Source: the human T2T-CHM13v2.0 reference genome, Homo sapiens
Assembly: GCF_009914755.1 (NCBI RefSeq)
Contig: NC_060936.1
Length of the DNA: 64,000 bases
Direction: 5' to 3' (one strand)
The notes under the pieces are model-generated. The model had not been told where the DNA came from. It did not search any database and was given only the letters and a program-made list of their open reading frames with translations. The position numbers and the translations under genes are program-made. This document shows, one piece after another, positions 14,494 through 36,792 of the stretch (position 1 is the first letter of the stretch; every line of letters starts with the position of its first letter).

Positions 14494-14790
14494 TTTTTTT
14501 TTTTTCTTTTTTTTTGAGACGGACTCTTGCTCTGTCACCCAGGCTGGAGTGCAGTGGTGCGCTCACTGCAACCTCCGCCTCCTGGGTTCAAGCGATTCTC
14601 CTGCCTCAGTCTCCTGAGTAGCTGGGATTACAGGCGTGCGCCACCACACCCAGCTAATTTTTGTATTTTTAGTAGAGATGGAGTTTCACCATGTTGGTCA
14701 GGCTGGCCTCGAACTCCTGACCTCGTGATCTGCCCGCCTTGGCCTCTGAAAGTGCTGGGATTACAGGCGTGAGCCACCGGTGCCCGATCC
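14494..14790 (-). mobile_element. AluS (Sg-like)
   Basis: Antisense Alu dimer; TSD ggctttcccttt at 14482 and 14791. Confidence 0.93.
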
Positions 14791-15181
14791 GGCTTTCCCT
14801 TTGTTACATAACATATTCAAGCTTCTAAACATTACCTTTAGACTTTCCAAATTCTGGCCTCCTTACATCCATTTACCTTTCCAATATATCTCCTGTTACT
14901 TTTTGTAGTAGATTTTCCCATTTAATAATACAACACTGCTTTTAATCTCCCTGCCATGCAGTTTCACACCCACAGGGGTTTACTTATATTGGTTATTTTC
15001 ATGTAATGCCTCACCTTTGTTCACATGATTCAAGAATTAAGTATCAGTTTTTCCAGACGTCACCCTATGGTAGATTCAGTGTTCCTTTCCCTTTCTTTCA
15101 TAGCCTTTACATACTTCTAGTTTAGTGTTTACCATAATACATTGTAGTTGTGTTTATTTGTCCTTGTCTTCCTATAGACTT

Positions 15182-15458
15182 GTGCAGTCCAATGCCGTAG
15201 GAACTAGTCACAAGTAGCTATTTAAATTTAAACTCATTTAAATTAAATAAATTTAAACTCATTTAAATTAAATAAATTTAAACTCATTTAAATTAAATAA
15301 ATTTAAACTCATTTAAATTAAATAAATTTTAAAGTTCATTGGTCACATTAACCACATTTCAAATGCTCAGTGGCTACATGCTGCTAATGGCTACTGTATT
15401 GAACAGTGTAGATACAGAACATTTCTATCATTGCAGAAAATCGTATTAGATAATACTG
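15182..15458 (-). mobile_element. MER3 (hAT-Charlie MITE) containing an internal tandem expansion
   Basis: ccacatttcaaatgctcagtggctacatg...gatacagaacatttctatcattgcagaaa matches the MER3 reverse complement. Confidence 0.8.
15223..15329. repeat. Perfect 25-bp tandem repeat, ~4.3 copies (taaatttaaactcatttaaattaaa)
   Basis: aactc recurs at 15231, 15256, 15281 and 15306; the units are identical. Confidence 0.97.
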
Positions 15459-16768
15459 CTGTATCTAATAAGCTTCTTGAAAACTGGGACCGTATCTGTT
15501 TATTTTGGTACTGCCAATACCTAGCTTGGTGCTTGGTATGTAGATAGGTGTTCAATGCATGTTGTTCCAATAAAATTAAATAAAACAGTGAAAGAAGGGA
15601 AAGGAAGAAATGGAAAGTATACTGGGTAACATACCAGTGTAAGTGGTATGGGAAGGTAGAGGTATTTGCAAGATATTTAGATGTTACTTTGAATGGAACT
15701 TTTCAGTATGAGGTCATTGGTCACATCATATGCTAGCTAATTCAATGCATTATCTACAAACTGGGTCTAATGCATCCTATTCCGTACGTTTCTGAAGAAT
15801 GATTCATAATCTAAAACATTGTATTTTTGTGGAATATAGTATGTCAGAGAACTGTAAAAATGATTGTATTGCCATTTTCTTCCCCAACATTAAATATCTT
15901 ACTTCCTTTTAATTAACTTTAAAAATCACAGATGCCTATTACCAAAACGTTGAAGAAAAATACGGAATATAAAATACAGTGTGAAAGTTTGCCTTGACAA
16001 CTTTACTCTTAACAGTTTGGTGTGTACCTCTTCAGATCTTTACTAGTGACTATATAGTGTAGATGTGATTCATTGTCTTTGTCTCTAACAAATGTGTATT
16101 TTTCTGCATTGTACTTAATGGAGCTATTTCCGTTTCCCATTCTTTCCTCTGCCCTCTTCCCCAGAAGTAATCAATAGTTTTAATTTTGTGTTTCATTCTT
16201 TATATTTTTATAACTTATTACATATATGTTTTTCAGTATATTGAGGTACATCTTTTTTATGTATTGTGTGGCAATTTTTTGGAAAGTGGTGCCCCATATT
16301 TTATTATTTTGAGTAGGAAAAATCATAATTTCCAGCCCACTTAAGACCCTAAACAATTTCCTAGATATAGCTAAAGTACTCAACACCTACTTGATAATTC
16401 ACCAAGGATTTCTGCATAATACAGAGTATTTAAAATACAAACTACTTAATATAAACAGAAACAAATGAATCACTAAGTATATTTCCATTTAGTATGTACT
16501 GTATTCAGATAATACTTTTTCTTTTATACTGCAATAAAATTGTAATTGTAAATAAACAGTTAAGTGTATTTCCTTTCTTTTATTGTTAAGTGGCACATTA
16601 TTGAACATGTTTCTCTCTCTGAAGTCAGGATGCATCTTACAGCTGATGGTGACTTCAAGTCATAGTTGTGACAAACAGTACCAGCACCAAAGCATCTTAG
16701 AATCTATGATATATAGTATGTTAAAGATATATAATGAATATAAAGAACACTTAATAAAATAAAATCAT

Positions 16769-16913
16769 AGCTGAGTGTAGTGCTGTGCACCTGTAGTCCT
16801 AGCTACTGGAGAGGCTGAGGCGGGAGATTAGCTTGAGCCCCAGAGTTTGAGGCTGCAGTGAGCTATCATCACACCAGGCTGCACTCCAGCCTGTGTGACA
16901 GAGCAAGACCCTC
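16769..16913 (+). mobile_element. Alu monomer (FRAM / AluJ right arm)
   Basis: cctgtagtcctagctact...ggctgcagtgagctat...gcactccagcctgtgtgacagagcaagacc. Confidence 0.85.
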
Positions 16914-16925
16914 AGTCAGTCGATT

Positions 16926-16977
<52 letters not shown>
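16926..16977 (+). repeat. (GATA)13 microsatellite in the Alu tail
   Basis: Uninterrupted GATA units counted directly. Confidence 0.97.
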
Positions 16978-16979
<2 letters not shown>

Positions 16980-17400
16980 ATTTTATTAAATTAATACTTA
17001 ACAATTGAAAAGTTGTCAGATCTGGTGCCCAGAGAAGAAAAATTGAGTTTGTAGTTATTATTGCTGCTTGGTGTTAGGTGAAGATGAATAAGAGCGACCT
17101 AATGAAAGAATGAGTTTAAAAAAAAAAAAAAAAAAAAGGAAAAAAGCCTGAATCCAATGAATTGGTTCAGTTTCCTCTTCTTTGCTCTTGAAAGCCTTGC
17201 AACCAGATGGCTGTGACATGTTATCACTAGCCAGAGATAAAGTAAAGGGGTAGAATGACTTTTTATGTGCCCTTTACTTGCATTTATACAGCTGCTTAAG
17301 ATGAAGTTGCTCTTATAATTACATTTTTGATTGTGAAAGCTCTGTTCATGTCATGATCACATGATCAGCAACGGAAGTCACTTTGACTTCATGATGTAAA

Positions 17401-18015
<615 letters not shown>

Positions 18016-18662
18016 TAATCTAAATTTTTAAAAATAAAATTTGACCTTTTTTTTTTTTTTTTTTTGGCATTCATGGCTTCTCTTTGTCCTCTTTCTCAGG
18101 CCAACCAGTAATGTCAAATCAAGTTAAATGAATTCCCAAGTTCCTCATTGGTTGGCTCATTGCCGTGTGATGCTAAGTGTTAACCTTTCTTTGAATGCAT
18201 TATACGTTCTGATACTTTTTTTATTATCATCTGAAATCATCAAATAAGGTGACATTTGTTTTCCAAAAAATAAGTTTCACCAAGACACCTGGTTTATAGC
18301 ACCCTTAGTGAATTGGTAATTTTTTCATAGTGCCCTTGGGCCAAAAGAAACTCTGCTAAATAAGTAATTAGGTCCAAATCACTTATATTCATATGATTAT
18401 CTGATAGATATTGCTGTATTTCCTAAGAAGATATAAAATATCTAGTAGCACCCCTGTGTGTTCGCTCTGGTGTTCCTTTTGGCAACGTATGACGTAGACT
18501 TTATATATGAAATATGAAGTGTTCTCTTTCAGAAAAATAGTTTACATTTAAGTGGTTTGCCTTAATCATGAATGTGAAATGTGTACTCATTAAATCAAAA
18601 GTTAAGACATTAATGCGGATATTTCTGTGAATCAGAGAAAATACAGAAGCAAGCAAAGTTAT

Positions 18663-18985
18663 GTTTTGATTTTGTTTTTGTTTTTGTTTTTTTTTTTTAG
18701 ACGAACTCTTGCTCTGTTGCCCAGGCTGGAGTGCAGTGGCCTGATCTCGGCTCACCGCAAGCTCTGCCTCCCAGGTTTATGCCATTCTCCTGCCTCAGCC
18801 TCCTGAGTAGCTGGGACTAAGGTGCCCACCACGACGCCTGGCTAATTTTTTGTATTTTTTTTTTTTTAGTAAAGACGGGGTTTCACCGTGTTAGCCAGGA
18901 TGGTCTCGATCTCCTGACTTCATGATCCGCCTGCCTTGGCCTCCCAAAGTGCTTGGATTACAGGCGTGAGCCACCGCACCTGGCC
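18663..18985 (-). mobile_element. AluY
   Basis: gcaagctc...gccattctcc...ccgtgttagccaggatggtctcgatctcc diagnostics; TSD gcaaagttat at 18653 and 18986. Confidence 0.92.
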
Positions 18986-19699
18986 GCAAAGTTATCTTTT
19001 AAGAGGTTATCTTAGGTCTTGCGTGGAGTCTAGGATGATAGCACTGATGGTGGCAGGTTAGTTTTTTGTTTTTTTTTTTAAATCTTTCTGAATTTCCACA
19101 TAAAAATAGAACCAGCTAGACAGCAAAACTAAAACTCGTGAAACATAACAGAACTTCTTGACAAAGTGTCCCCATGAACCCCAATATAAGCAGATGAGAA
19201 CTAAGAAAAAGACCTACAGTTTTCAGTTTTTATGCATAAAATGAGACCCATTGGGATGTCTGATGGACCTGAGAGTGGAAGCACCCAATGTAGTCAACAG
19301 GTATTCACTGGTAAGTACAATTAGCCAGTTTGAAATTGGGAGAGATTTTGTCAACCTCATAAGGTGAGTGAGGAACCCATGGTAAGGCTAAAGTGATTGG
19401 AGCAGCTTAGCTCTCTGACCTCTTGAGAGTGACCCACCAGTGTGTCCTTCTAGGATTCCACTGAGGAGAGGAATTAAAATTGAGCAGGAAAGGGACAACA
19501 GTGACATTGGAAAGAGAAGGTCCAGATAAAAATGGGAGAGGGGAGCAGAACCAGGAAATCTCAGTAAATAAGCGATCATATTTTCAAACACTATGTGAAA
19601 ATAACAGAAGAGAGAACTTTATGACGTTAGAGAAGTTTATCTGAACAAAGCAGTATTCTAAAACTTCAGGAAGATTACATTCCTAAGAGGTCTTCTAGG

Positions 19700-24130
<4,431 letters not shown>

Positions 24131-24184
24131 TTGGAAGTGAAAGTCTTAATGTTTCATTTTTTAAAATTATTTTTTCTTATTAAA

Positions 24185-24292
24185 ATTTTTTTTATAGAGA
24201 CAGGGTCTCACTATGTTGCCCAGGCTTGTCAAGTGATCCTCCCACCTCAGCCTCTCAAGATGCTGGGATTACAGGTGTGAGCCACTGCACCC
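24185..24292 (-). mobile_element. Alu left monomer (FLAM-like) with internal deletion
   Basis: tagagacagggtctcactatgttgcccaggct..tcaagtgatcctcccacctcagcc...gagccactgcaccc. Confidence 0.85.
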
Positions 24293-25126
24293 TTATTTCA
24301 TTTTTAAAAACTATATTTTGGTTGAGAAGATGAATGAAAACCATCCCTGATAAAGAGAATAAGCTTTTGTGTCAATATTCAGATAAGGCTTGGATGCTTT
24401 CTCTTGTATAAAATACTATACAGTGTGCAATATACACAAATTTCAGACCATTTCTCAGCATTTAAGGTCATTTAGAATGAAAAATAAAACAGTACAGGTC
24501 AGTAAATGAATTCCAGTTCTTATGTAGAATTGTCATAGTCCTGATTCAATTTAACTTAAAAATTGGACTGTTTCCTCTGAATTTCCTGATTCCCTTAAGA
24601 TTCCCTAGAATCCAGTAGGCCCATAGATACAGTGGTCATTCATTTTCTCAGCTGTCAGGTAAAAATTTTACTAATAAGCATTTCTTACTTTAAAAAAATC
24701 TGTGTTGTATAGCATAAAATAGTATATTATCTCTGTATTGTTTTATCTGGATCAGTAAATTAAAGACATTATAATAAATGTGCTAATGAAAATATAAGAT
24801 GTTTTCAAGGAAAAAGGAAAGACCCTTATTAGGGCCAAAAATGCTACCGGCACATGAAATTTTACACCTATTCTTTTCTACCAAGGCACTTTTCTAAAGG
24901 CACTGTGATAAAACTAAAACAAATGTGCTTGGTAGAGTGAAGAGCCTTTAGTTTGAGCCACTAGTCTTCACATTCTACCTGAATCACTTGGGTCCATTTA
25001 TGTAAAGTCTTTGACACCGTGTTCATAGTTAACAGTGAAACCTTTAAAAGATTTGGTTTGCTTTGTTAAAGCATTTCCATTAAATAGAGAAGGAAAGTAG
25101 AAAATTACCATTAAAACACCATGGTA

Positions 25127-25470
<344 letters not shown>

Positions 25471-25899
25471 CTATAAGGAGTGGACAGAAATGTAAGGGCA
25501 GACAGGTATTTGCATGTTCTCACAGTACTCCAAAACATTTCTTATTTAAAAAGAGAAAACTAGTAGTTTACAGTGGAGAAAACTTCCAGATGCACCACTT
25601 CACCTGTAATAAGACATATTAACATCATATGCACTCATATATTGGAATATATGCATCACATATGATGCACTTGAGAAGACTACATCAGCTCTGTGGTGAT
25701 GTGGCTTTCAGAATGCATAACTTCAGTCTAATGAGAAAACATCTGACAAACCCAAACTGTGGGACATTCTGCAGTGTGTATGATATAACATCAATATTAT
25801 GAAAGAAGAAAGACTAGGATAAGTCTCGGATTGGAGAAGACTAAGGAAATGTAAAACTAAATGTAAGGGGTGGGGGACAAAGTGTTGTAATTTTAAATA

Positions 25900-26150
25900 C
25901 ACAAGGAATTCCTTACTGAGATGACTTCACACCTGAAGTAGGTGAAGTAGGAAGCCATCTGGATGTCTAGAGGAAGAGCATTCCTGGAGGATAACAAAGG
26001 CAAGGGCTTGGAGACAGGAGTATGTCCGATGTGTTTGAGGAATAGCAAGGAGGCCAGTATGGCAGGAGCACATGAAGAGAAGGGGAGAATGCTAACAGGG
26101 GAGATTAGAGATAACAAAGAGTAAGGTCATGAAGGCCTTGGAGGCCTTGG
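25900..26150 (-). mobile_element. L2 fragment
   Basis: ggaagagcattcctggagg...gtgtttgaggaatagcaaggaggccagtatggc. Confidence 0.7.
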
Positions 26151-26633
26151 TAATGGTGCAGGAGTCCATTGTAAATGTGTTTCACCTCTATTCCGTTTGA
26201 TTTCTGATGTTCTTTTATTCTGAGCCTGAAGGGGATAAAGTGTATAAGTATAAAATGTAATACCTAACATCTAGCACTGTGTGTAGTAGATGCTAACTCA
26301 GTGATTATTGAATTAGTGTACATGGTGAGATGTTTAGAAACATTTTAAAGATCATGTCTTCCCTTGCTAAAGGAATACTTTTCATTTTTAATTACTTCCT
26401 GTAACATAAATTAGGATTCTGATACCTCTGTATATTTTTAAAATGTAAAGGTTTTAAAATAATTTGTCACCTTCAATAATATCTATTTATGCTATTGAAC
26501 AGATGTCTTAAATAAGCTTCTATTTTTATTAGTTTTAGTATTTGTAATAGAGTTTATTTTTCTTTGAAAATAACTCACTTTTTATATTTTCAAGGATTCA
26601 ACATTTTTGTAAAAGTGAATTGATTTCATATCT

Positions 26634-26929
<296 letters not shown>

Positions 26930-27384
26930 TGGATTTCATATCTTATTTAAATCCTATATTCAGATTGTTTTGTTTTAAAATCTTAAAATTTTTCTCTTTA
27001 TTATCTTGTTTGGTTAAAGTGCCAGGTTTTTTTTGATGGAGGGGTCCTTATTTGTTTTTATCAGCATGGAGCAGTTAAGAAATTCACTTTTTCCCAAGGA
27101 TTGTACTTATATCAGAGTTATGTGTAGGTTTTAAAAGTTCACTGGTCCACCTTTACGAATTTTAAGTACATCCATATAGTACAACTTTAATTCTGCTTGT
27201 TGATGGTGTTAATGTGTATGAGAGCCTTAGATTTAATGTTGAGTACTCAAGAGAGCAAGAGAGTGTACAAGGAGTGGATAGGCACAAAGTATTTGAACAC
27301 ACTGTCTTACATGTTTTCATAATGGCCAGGTAAGCTCTGTCTTTGCATTTTCTGGAAAAGTGTGCAAGTTTGTGGTGAGCACTG

Positions 27385-27419
<35 letters not shown>

Positions 27420-27544
27420 TAGTACTTTGAATTAGTCTGAAAGATGAATCTGGGTTTGGCCAGTAATGAAGAGGTGAACAGGGAGTCATAATGTTGAAAC
27501 TGGACATTCAGATCTTTATAGCATGATTTCCTTATTTTTCAAAG

Positions 27545-27768
27545 AGCGGAAGAATCCCATCGTTTATCATGTTCTGGTTGGACTTTCTTACTGTTTGCTG
27601 GAGTTGAACTTCAGAGCTATGGCGTCAACCCTGCTGTAATATCTCAGGGGAGCTCCTAGGGTGGGGCTGGTGCCATGGCTCACCCTCCAACCTTTCCTTC
27701 TTCACTTCAGCCTCCAGCTCTGAGCTTTCCAATCCCCAGAGTAGCAAATGTTGAAAGAAGTTGCACAG
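27545..27768 (+). other. CNOT2: Candidate alternative (cassette) exon of CNOT2 in intron 2, with alternative acceptors at 27545, 27711 and 27718
   Basis: Perfect donor CAG|gtaagt at 27768/9; pyrimidine-tract acceptors ccttatttttcaaag| and cctttccttcttcacttcag|; GC-richer non-repeat island in an AT-rich intron. Confidence 0.65.
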
Positions 27769-28415
27769 GTAAGTATGTGGTGGGGAAAGCCGGGGGAAAA
27801 ATGGTACTGTCATCAGTATTTTGAGGGTGGATGTTGGGCCATTTTATCAATGAGTCATTTTGTTAGTTTAGAAATATAATGTTTGTTATCAATTATTTTT
27901 CTCATAAAACTCATAAATTATTTAAAAAATAGTGAAGAAATAATTTTAATTCTTGTTAGATGTGAAATAAGAAAAAAACCTTAATAAACTATTAATATTA
28001 TAATGCAAAGGAAGGTTCTTACATTTTTTTAAACTTTATATTCTCCACAGTGTATATAGCAGGTCCAGAAAACCCATGTTCAAAAAAGAAGCTAAAAAAA
28101 AAGTTGGGGAAGGCCTAAGTCCATAGACTATAATTTTGCCATATGTAACTTGGTCTCAGGAGGAGGCAAGTTTTAGTTTTCTTCCACTAGCTTTAGATGT
28201 GCTATTTTTTCCTGAGGTATTAGGCAGGTAGCTATGTTTTAATCTTTACAGAAATAGAAATTTCAAACATCTTTTTCCTTGAAGTCTTGACAGGAGGACT
28301 GGAACATTTCTACCAATCTCTAGGTTTGAAGTTAACAAAAATAAGTATAGATATCTGGTACGTAATTCAGCAAATGTTTGTTGAACGAATGAATAAACTC
28401 ATCAGATCCTGTGTC

Positions 28416-28445
28416 GTGTGTGTGTGTGTGAGAGAGAGAGAGAGA
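28416..28445 (+). repeat. (GT)n(GA)n compound microsatellite
   Basis: Directly visible. Confidence 0.9.
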
Positions 28446-31208
28446 TGCCAACACTCCTGGCATTTTCTCCTTGTCTGCCTTGCACTGGAAATCATGATCT
28501 AAACATTACAGATTTAATTTTGTAGGGATGTAGCTCTGGGTCTTCACTACCTTACTTTTGAGCTTCTTCTCAGAAAGCTTTCAAAACGTGTTTCTTTCGT
28601 TCTCCTACATCTATCCCATATAATTCATGTTCATTGATTTATAGATTTTTGCACATACAAGACATTCACATTAAACCCAAGAAAAACAGACTCTTAAGAT
28701 GGCCCATGGTTGCTAAGTTTCTTCAGAGAAAGTATGTGAGGGTTAAAAGAGATTGGGGTTCTAGTGTATTTGGTATTTCAGGTCTCAAAACAAGTCATCA
28801 AAATACAGACTTCCCAGCAGTTTGTCTCCCTTTTTTTCTTGAGTTTTTTAGATAACTGGACGCTCTATATAAACACATCTCCCTCAGCAAAGTACATCCC
28901 GTTTTTTTCTCAATATGTATTCATATTCCCTTCCTTCCTCCCTCTTTATCAGACCCATCTTTGCCTACCGTCTTTTAAGGATTTAAAATATTCTCATTAG
29001 AAGATTTTCCTTCTGTATGCATAGAGGATTTGTTTTTATTCTAAATGTAGAGATTTTCTACTGTTATATGTCCTTCCATTTGTATTTTATAGTTTTACAT
29101 CCTAATATTTAAAGATAAAGTACTACTTTAATTTTAGGCTCTATTATGTGAGTTCTCAACTCCAACTTCTTACTGCTCATAAGAGGTACTAATTATATTT
29201 AGTTCTTTAGTATATGTGTACTTTTTTCCTATGGATTAGCACTTTTTGAATAATTAGAATTTTGGTTTTAGGATGATGCACTTAGCTTTTAAAGCTTATA
29301 TATTAATTGTTCAAATGTGAATCTATATAAAGCATATTGGTGCAGCACATTTTAAGATTCTAGAAAACCACAAAATCTGTTTATTCATGTTGAAACATAC
29401 AGAACATATTCTCCCTAGATCAGAGTCAAACTTGTGGAGGTATTTGTAGCATTTTGGTAACACTCCCTAGAGAATTTGTAGACTTTGGGGGTGCATATTA
29501 AGGGATAACATACATGGCTTTTCAGAATATTTTCTGAATAAAGCAGCTTCAGACACCAGATTTTAGTTTTTGGATTAGGAAAGAGTGATGTGTTTTTCCA
29601 CCCTCCCCTCCCCCACCAACACACACACACATACCCTCCCCATCTTTCAGATATAGGCCATCTTGTTTTATTGGATGAGCCCCCCAAAAATACACAGAAA
29701 TATGCTAAATATTTCTGTAAACCTTGGAAAGGACTCTGCCAGGATATTTATCTACTCTCCAAAATAGTGATTGTGGAAGTGTTTGTATAGGTCCCTAGCT
29801 TTCTACTAAAGCCTATTTCCAACCAGTCATAGATTTTTGTGTGTGTGTGTATCTACATGTTAACTATCTTTGGTATTCATTGAGGCCTTTTTTGCTTATT
29901 TATGGTTATTCTGCATTGGCTAAAACAATGAGTTGCTCTTATTTGTTTCCATGCTATCGATTTGATGATTTGTAATTCTAGACTTTAAAATTTATCTATA
30001 TCTTCACTTTTCTTAGATCCATCCTAAGCAGATTCATGAACTTTTCATTATACCTATATCATATTAAAAATATGAAACCATAGTATTCTAGAACTCGGAG
30101 GACTTGAATTTGTTTCTCACATGAAGAGTTTTTTTTTTTTTGGTAAAGATTTCCAGGTATTAATATCTTTGTTCTTTAAGAAGCTAGAATTTTTTTGTGC
30201 AGTGTAGGTGCCTTTCTGTCCTTTATTTAAGCCCCCCCCCCTTTTTAAATTGTTTTTCAAGAATTAAATAAAATTAGAATTATTTATAGTAGTTGCGAAG
30301 CAGGATAAGCAGTTTAAAATCCTATCACAAAAAATACTACTGAAACAAAAATATCTTTGTTAACAAATATTTCCAGGTTGTAACAATATAATATTTGATA
30401 TACGAATATTCTACTTCCATAGAATTTGGGCAGTCTGTGAGATTTTTACCTATCATGTTTTCCCTCTAAAGGGCAATTATAAAAACGCTAGATTATCTTC
30501 AGGTATTAGGACTCCTCATCATTGGTTTCAGATGTTAATTGGCTACACCTTGATAAAAGGCAGATAAGTGTTAATGGCAGTTGGCTGTGATTTTATATTA
30601 AGTTTCTGCCTATTTTATAGCCAAGAACTTGTGCATATTTGTATATTGTTTGTTGATATTGAATATGGAATTCAGAGAGAAAATAAGAACTCAAATTCTA
30701 AATTACTCAGATCTCCATTAGGAAAACAGTGCCTGAGAAACACTTTTTCCCCCTTCTCAGGTACTGTATATCTTGCAGTTAGCAGTCTTCATCTTGTATA
30801 ATGCAAGCAGACTACAAACTCTGTAGCTGGGAGTGAAAATTTGTTACTCAGTATGAAGCAGTGAATGAGACAATTGATTTTATCGTGTGACACCTGTACC
30901 AACATGTTAGCAGTAAAACTCCTCCCTACATTAGAGAATCTACAATAAAAAGTTGCTACTAGGGAATTGTTTTTGTTTTAACACAAGTTCTAGATGTGCC
31001 CTACATATGTAATGCTATAATGTCTACATTAGAGCTATTATAATGAAATTAAGAGTTTGGTTATAATTATCCTAATTCCTTGAAAGGTTAAATTGTGTTC
31101 ACTATACTTAAGTACCTAAAAATGTTAGTTCTTTGGGAACATGGAAACCAGGTATATATAGCTTTTAGTAGTTATTTCTACTTATCTGAAGCCCTCCTTG
31201 GATAATAA

Positions 31209-31510
31209 TTTTTTTTTGTTTTCATTTTTGAGACGTGGTCTCACTCTGTCACCCAGGCTGGACTGCAGTGGCGTCATCTTGGCTCACTGCAACCTCCGCC
31301 TCCCAAGTTCAAGTGATTCTCCTGCCTCGGCCTCCAAGTAGCTGGGACTACAGGTGCGTACCACCACGCCCAACTAATTTTTGTATTTTTAGTAGAGATG
31401 GGGTTTCGCCATGTTGGCCAGGCTGCTCTTGAATTCCTGACCTCAGGTGATCCACCCACCTCAACCTCTGGGAGTTGAGTGGGATTACAGGCGTGAACCA
31501 CTGCACCTGG
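31209..31510 (-). mobile_element. AluS
   Basis: Antisense dimer; TSD tggataataattttt at 31199 and 31511. Confidence 0.92.
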
Positions 31511-31849
31511 TGGATAATAATTTTTAATTGGTATAATAGTATTTCTTTTAAGCATAACTTCATTTTCAAATTAATGCAACTTTCTGTAAAATACATGTGA
31601 TTAGTCTTGTAGAGACTGGCTTTTGTCTCACATGTCTATAATCAGTCATAATCAGTCCATTCTTGTTCTTGTGCTAAAGTGATCTTTTTGACACACATAA
31701 ATATTCGATTGTGGTATACCCTACTTACCATTGTTCACAATATAAGGACCTTCCTCCTCCAATCGGCTTTTTATTTGCTCCTTACTGCTTTTCCCTTTAC
31801 AAATTCAAGAACAAAACACACATTAAATTGTTAGTTGTATATTTGAGAG

Positions 31850-32070
31850 TCAGTGTACTATCATGGTTAAAAAGGGGGACTCTAGCAAATTGGTCTGGGT
31901 TCAAAACCCATCTCCGCATTTATCAGATATATAACCTTAGGAAGTTAACCTAACTTCTCTGGTCCTTAGCTACAAAATAGGGATAGTTAATTGTTCTTAC
32001 TTTCTAGCGTTATCTTGATAATTACATAAATAAATTTTAAAGCATTTAGAATATTCCCTGGCACAATAAT
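31850..32070 (+). mobile_element. MIR
   Basis: tggttaa...ctgggttcaaaaccca...accttaggaagttaacctaacttctctg...aaagcatttagaa...cctggcaca. Confidence 0.7.
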
Positions 32071-32474
32071 TTATTATTATTTTATAGTTATGATAAAGTG
32101 TTTTCAGAGACTGTATAAAACAAGAGTCCTAATTTAGTGTGAAAGTTTCAAAGAATGGGAGAAAGGGCATTTTAAGTAGCCGTATCAGCATATGCAAAGA
32201 CCGGGACATGGAAACTAACTTCTGTTCTGAGTAACTGAAGGTATGGCAAGGGTTTGGTGGTGTCAGGGGACTTAGGAGAGAAGTTAGAGGTTACAAAACA
32301 TCTTATAAGCCTTATTGATTTGGGAGTGCTGTTGAGGAATTTTTATCAGAAAGTCCATGAAGATAAATAATTTTTACTTTAAAAAATCACTTTGATGTGG
32401 GAGAGTAGAATTGAGGGGAAGAAGAATAGATTAATAAAGACCTGTTTGGAGGCTATTGGAGTGGCTTGTTCTAG

Positions 32475-32689
32475 TGTATTATTAGTCCGTTCTCATGCTA
32501 ACAAAGACGTACCCGAGACTGGGTAGTTTATAAGGGAAAGAGGTTTAATTGACTCACATGGCTGGGGAGGTCTCACAATCGTGGCAGAAGGCAAATGAGG
32601 AGCAGTCACGTCTCACATGGCGGCAGGCAAGAGTGAATGTGTGCAGGGGAACCCCCCTGTATAAACCACCAGATCTCATGAGACTTATT
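32475..32689 (-). mobile_element. THE1B-like MaLR solo LTR, 3' half (split by the L1)
   Basis: tgtattattagtccgttctcatgct...aggtttaattgactcac...agatctcatgagacttatt is the reverse complement of the THE1 LTR 3' part. Confidence 0.88.
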
Positions 32690-32913
32690 TTTTTTTTAAT
32701 TTTATTATTATTATACTTTAAGTTTTAAGGTACATGTGCACAACGTGCAGGTTTGTTACATATGTATACATGGGCCATGTTGGTGTGCTGCACCCATTAA
32801 CTTGTCATTTAGCATTAGGTATAGCTGCTAATGCTGTCCCTCCCCCCTCCCCCCACCCCCAACAGTCCCCGGTGTGTGATGTTCCCCTTCCTGTGTCCAT
32901 GTGTTCTCATTGT

Positions 32914-36756
<3,843 letters not shown>

Positions 36757-36792
36757 TTAGTTGATGCAGTTTCTTCCTAGCCTTGATGGTCT

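Noticed and set aside
15223-15329. CRISPR-like array of 25-bp repeats
   Set aside because: Units are contiguous with no spacers, lie inside MER3, and the DNA is primate; it is a simple tandem repeat.
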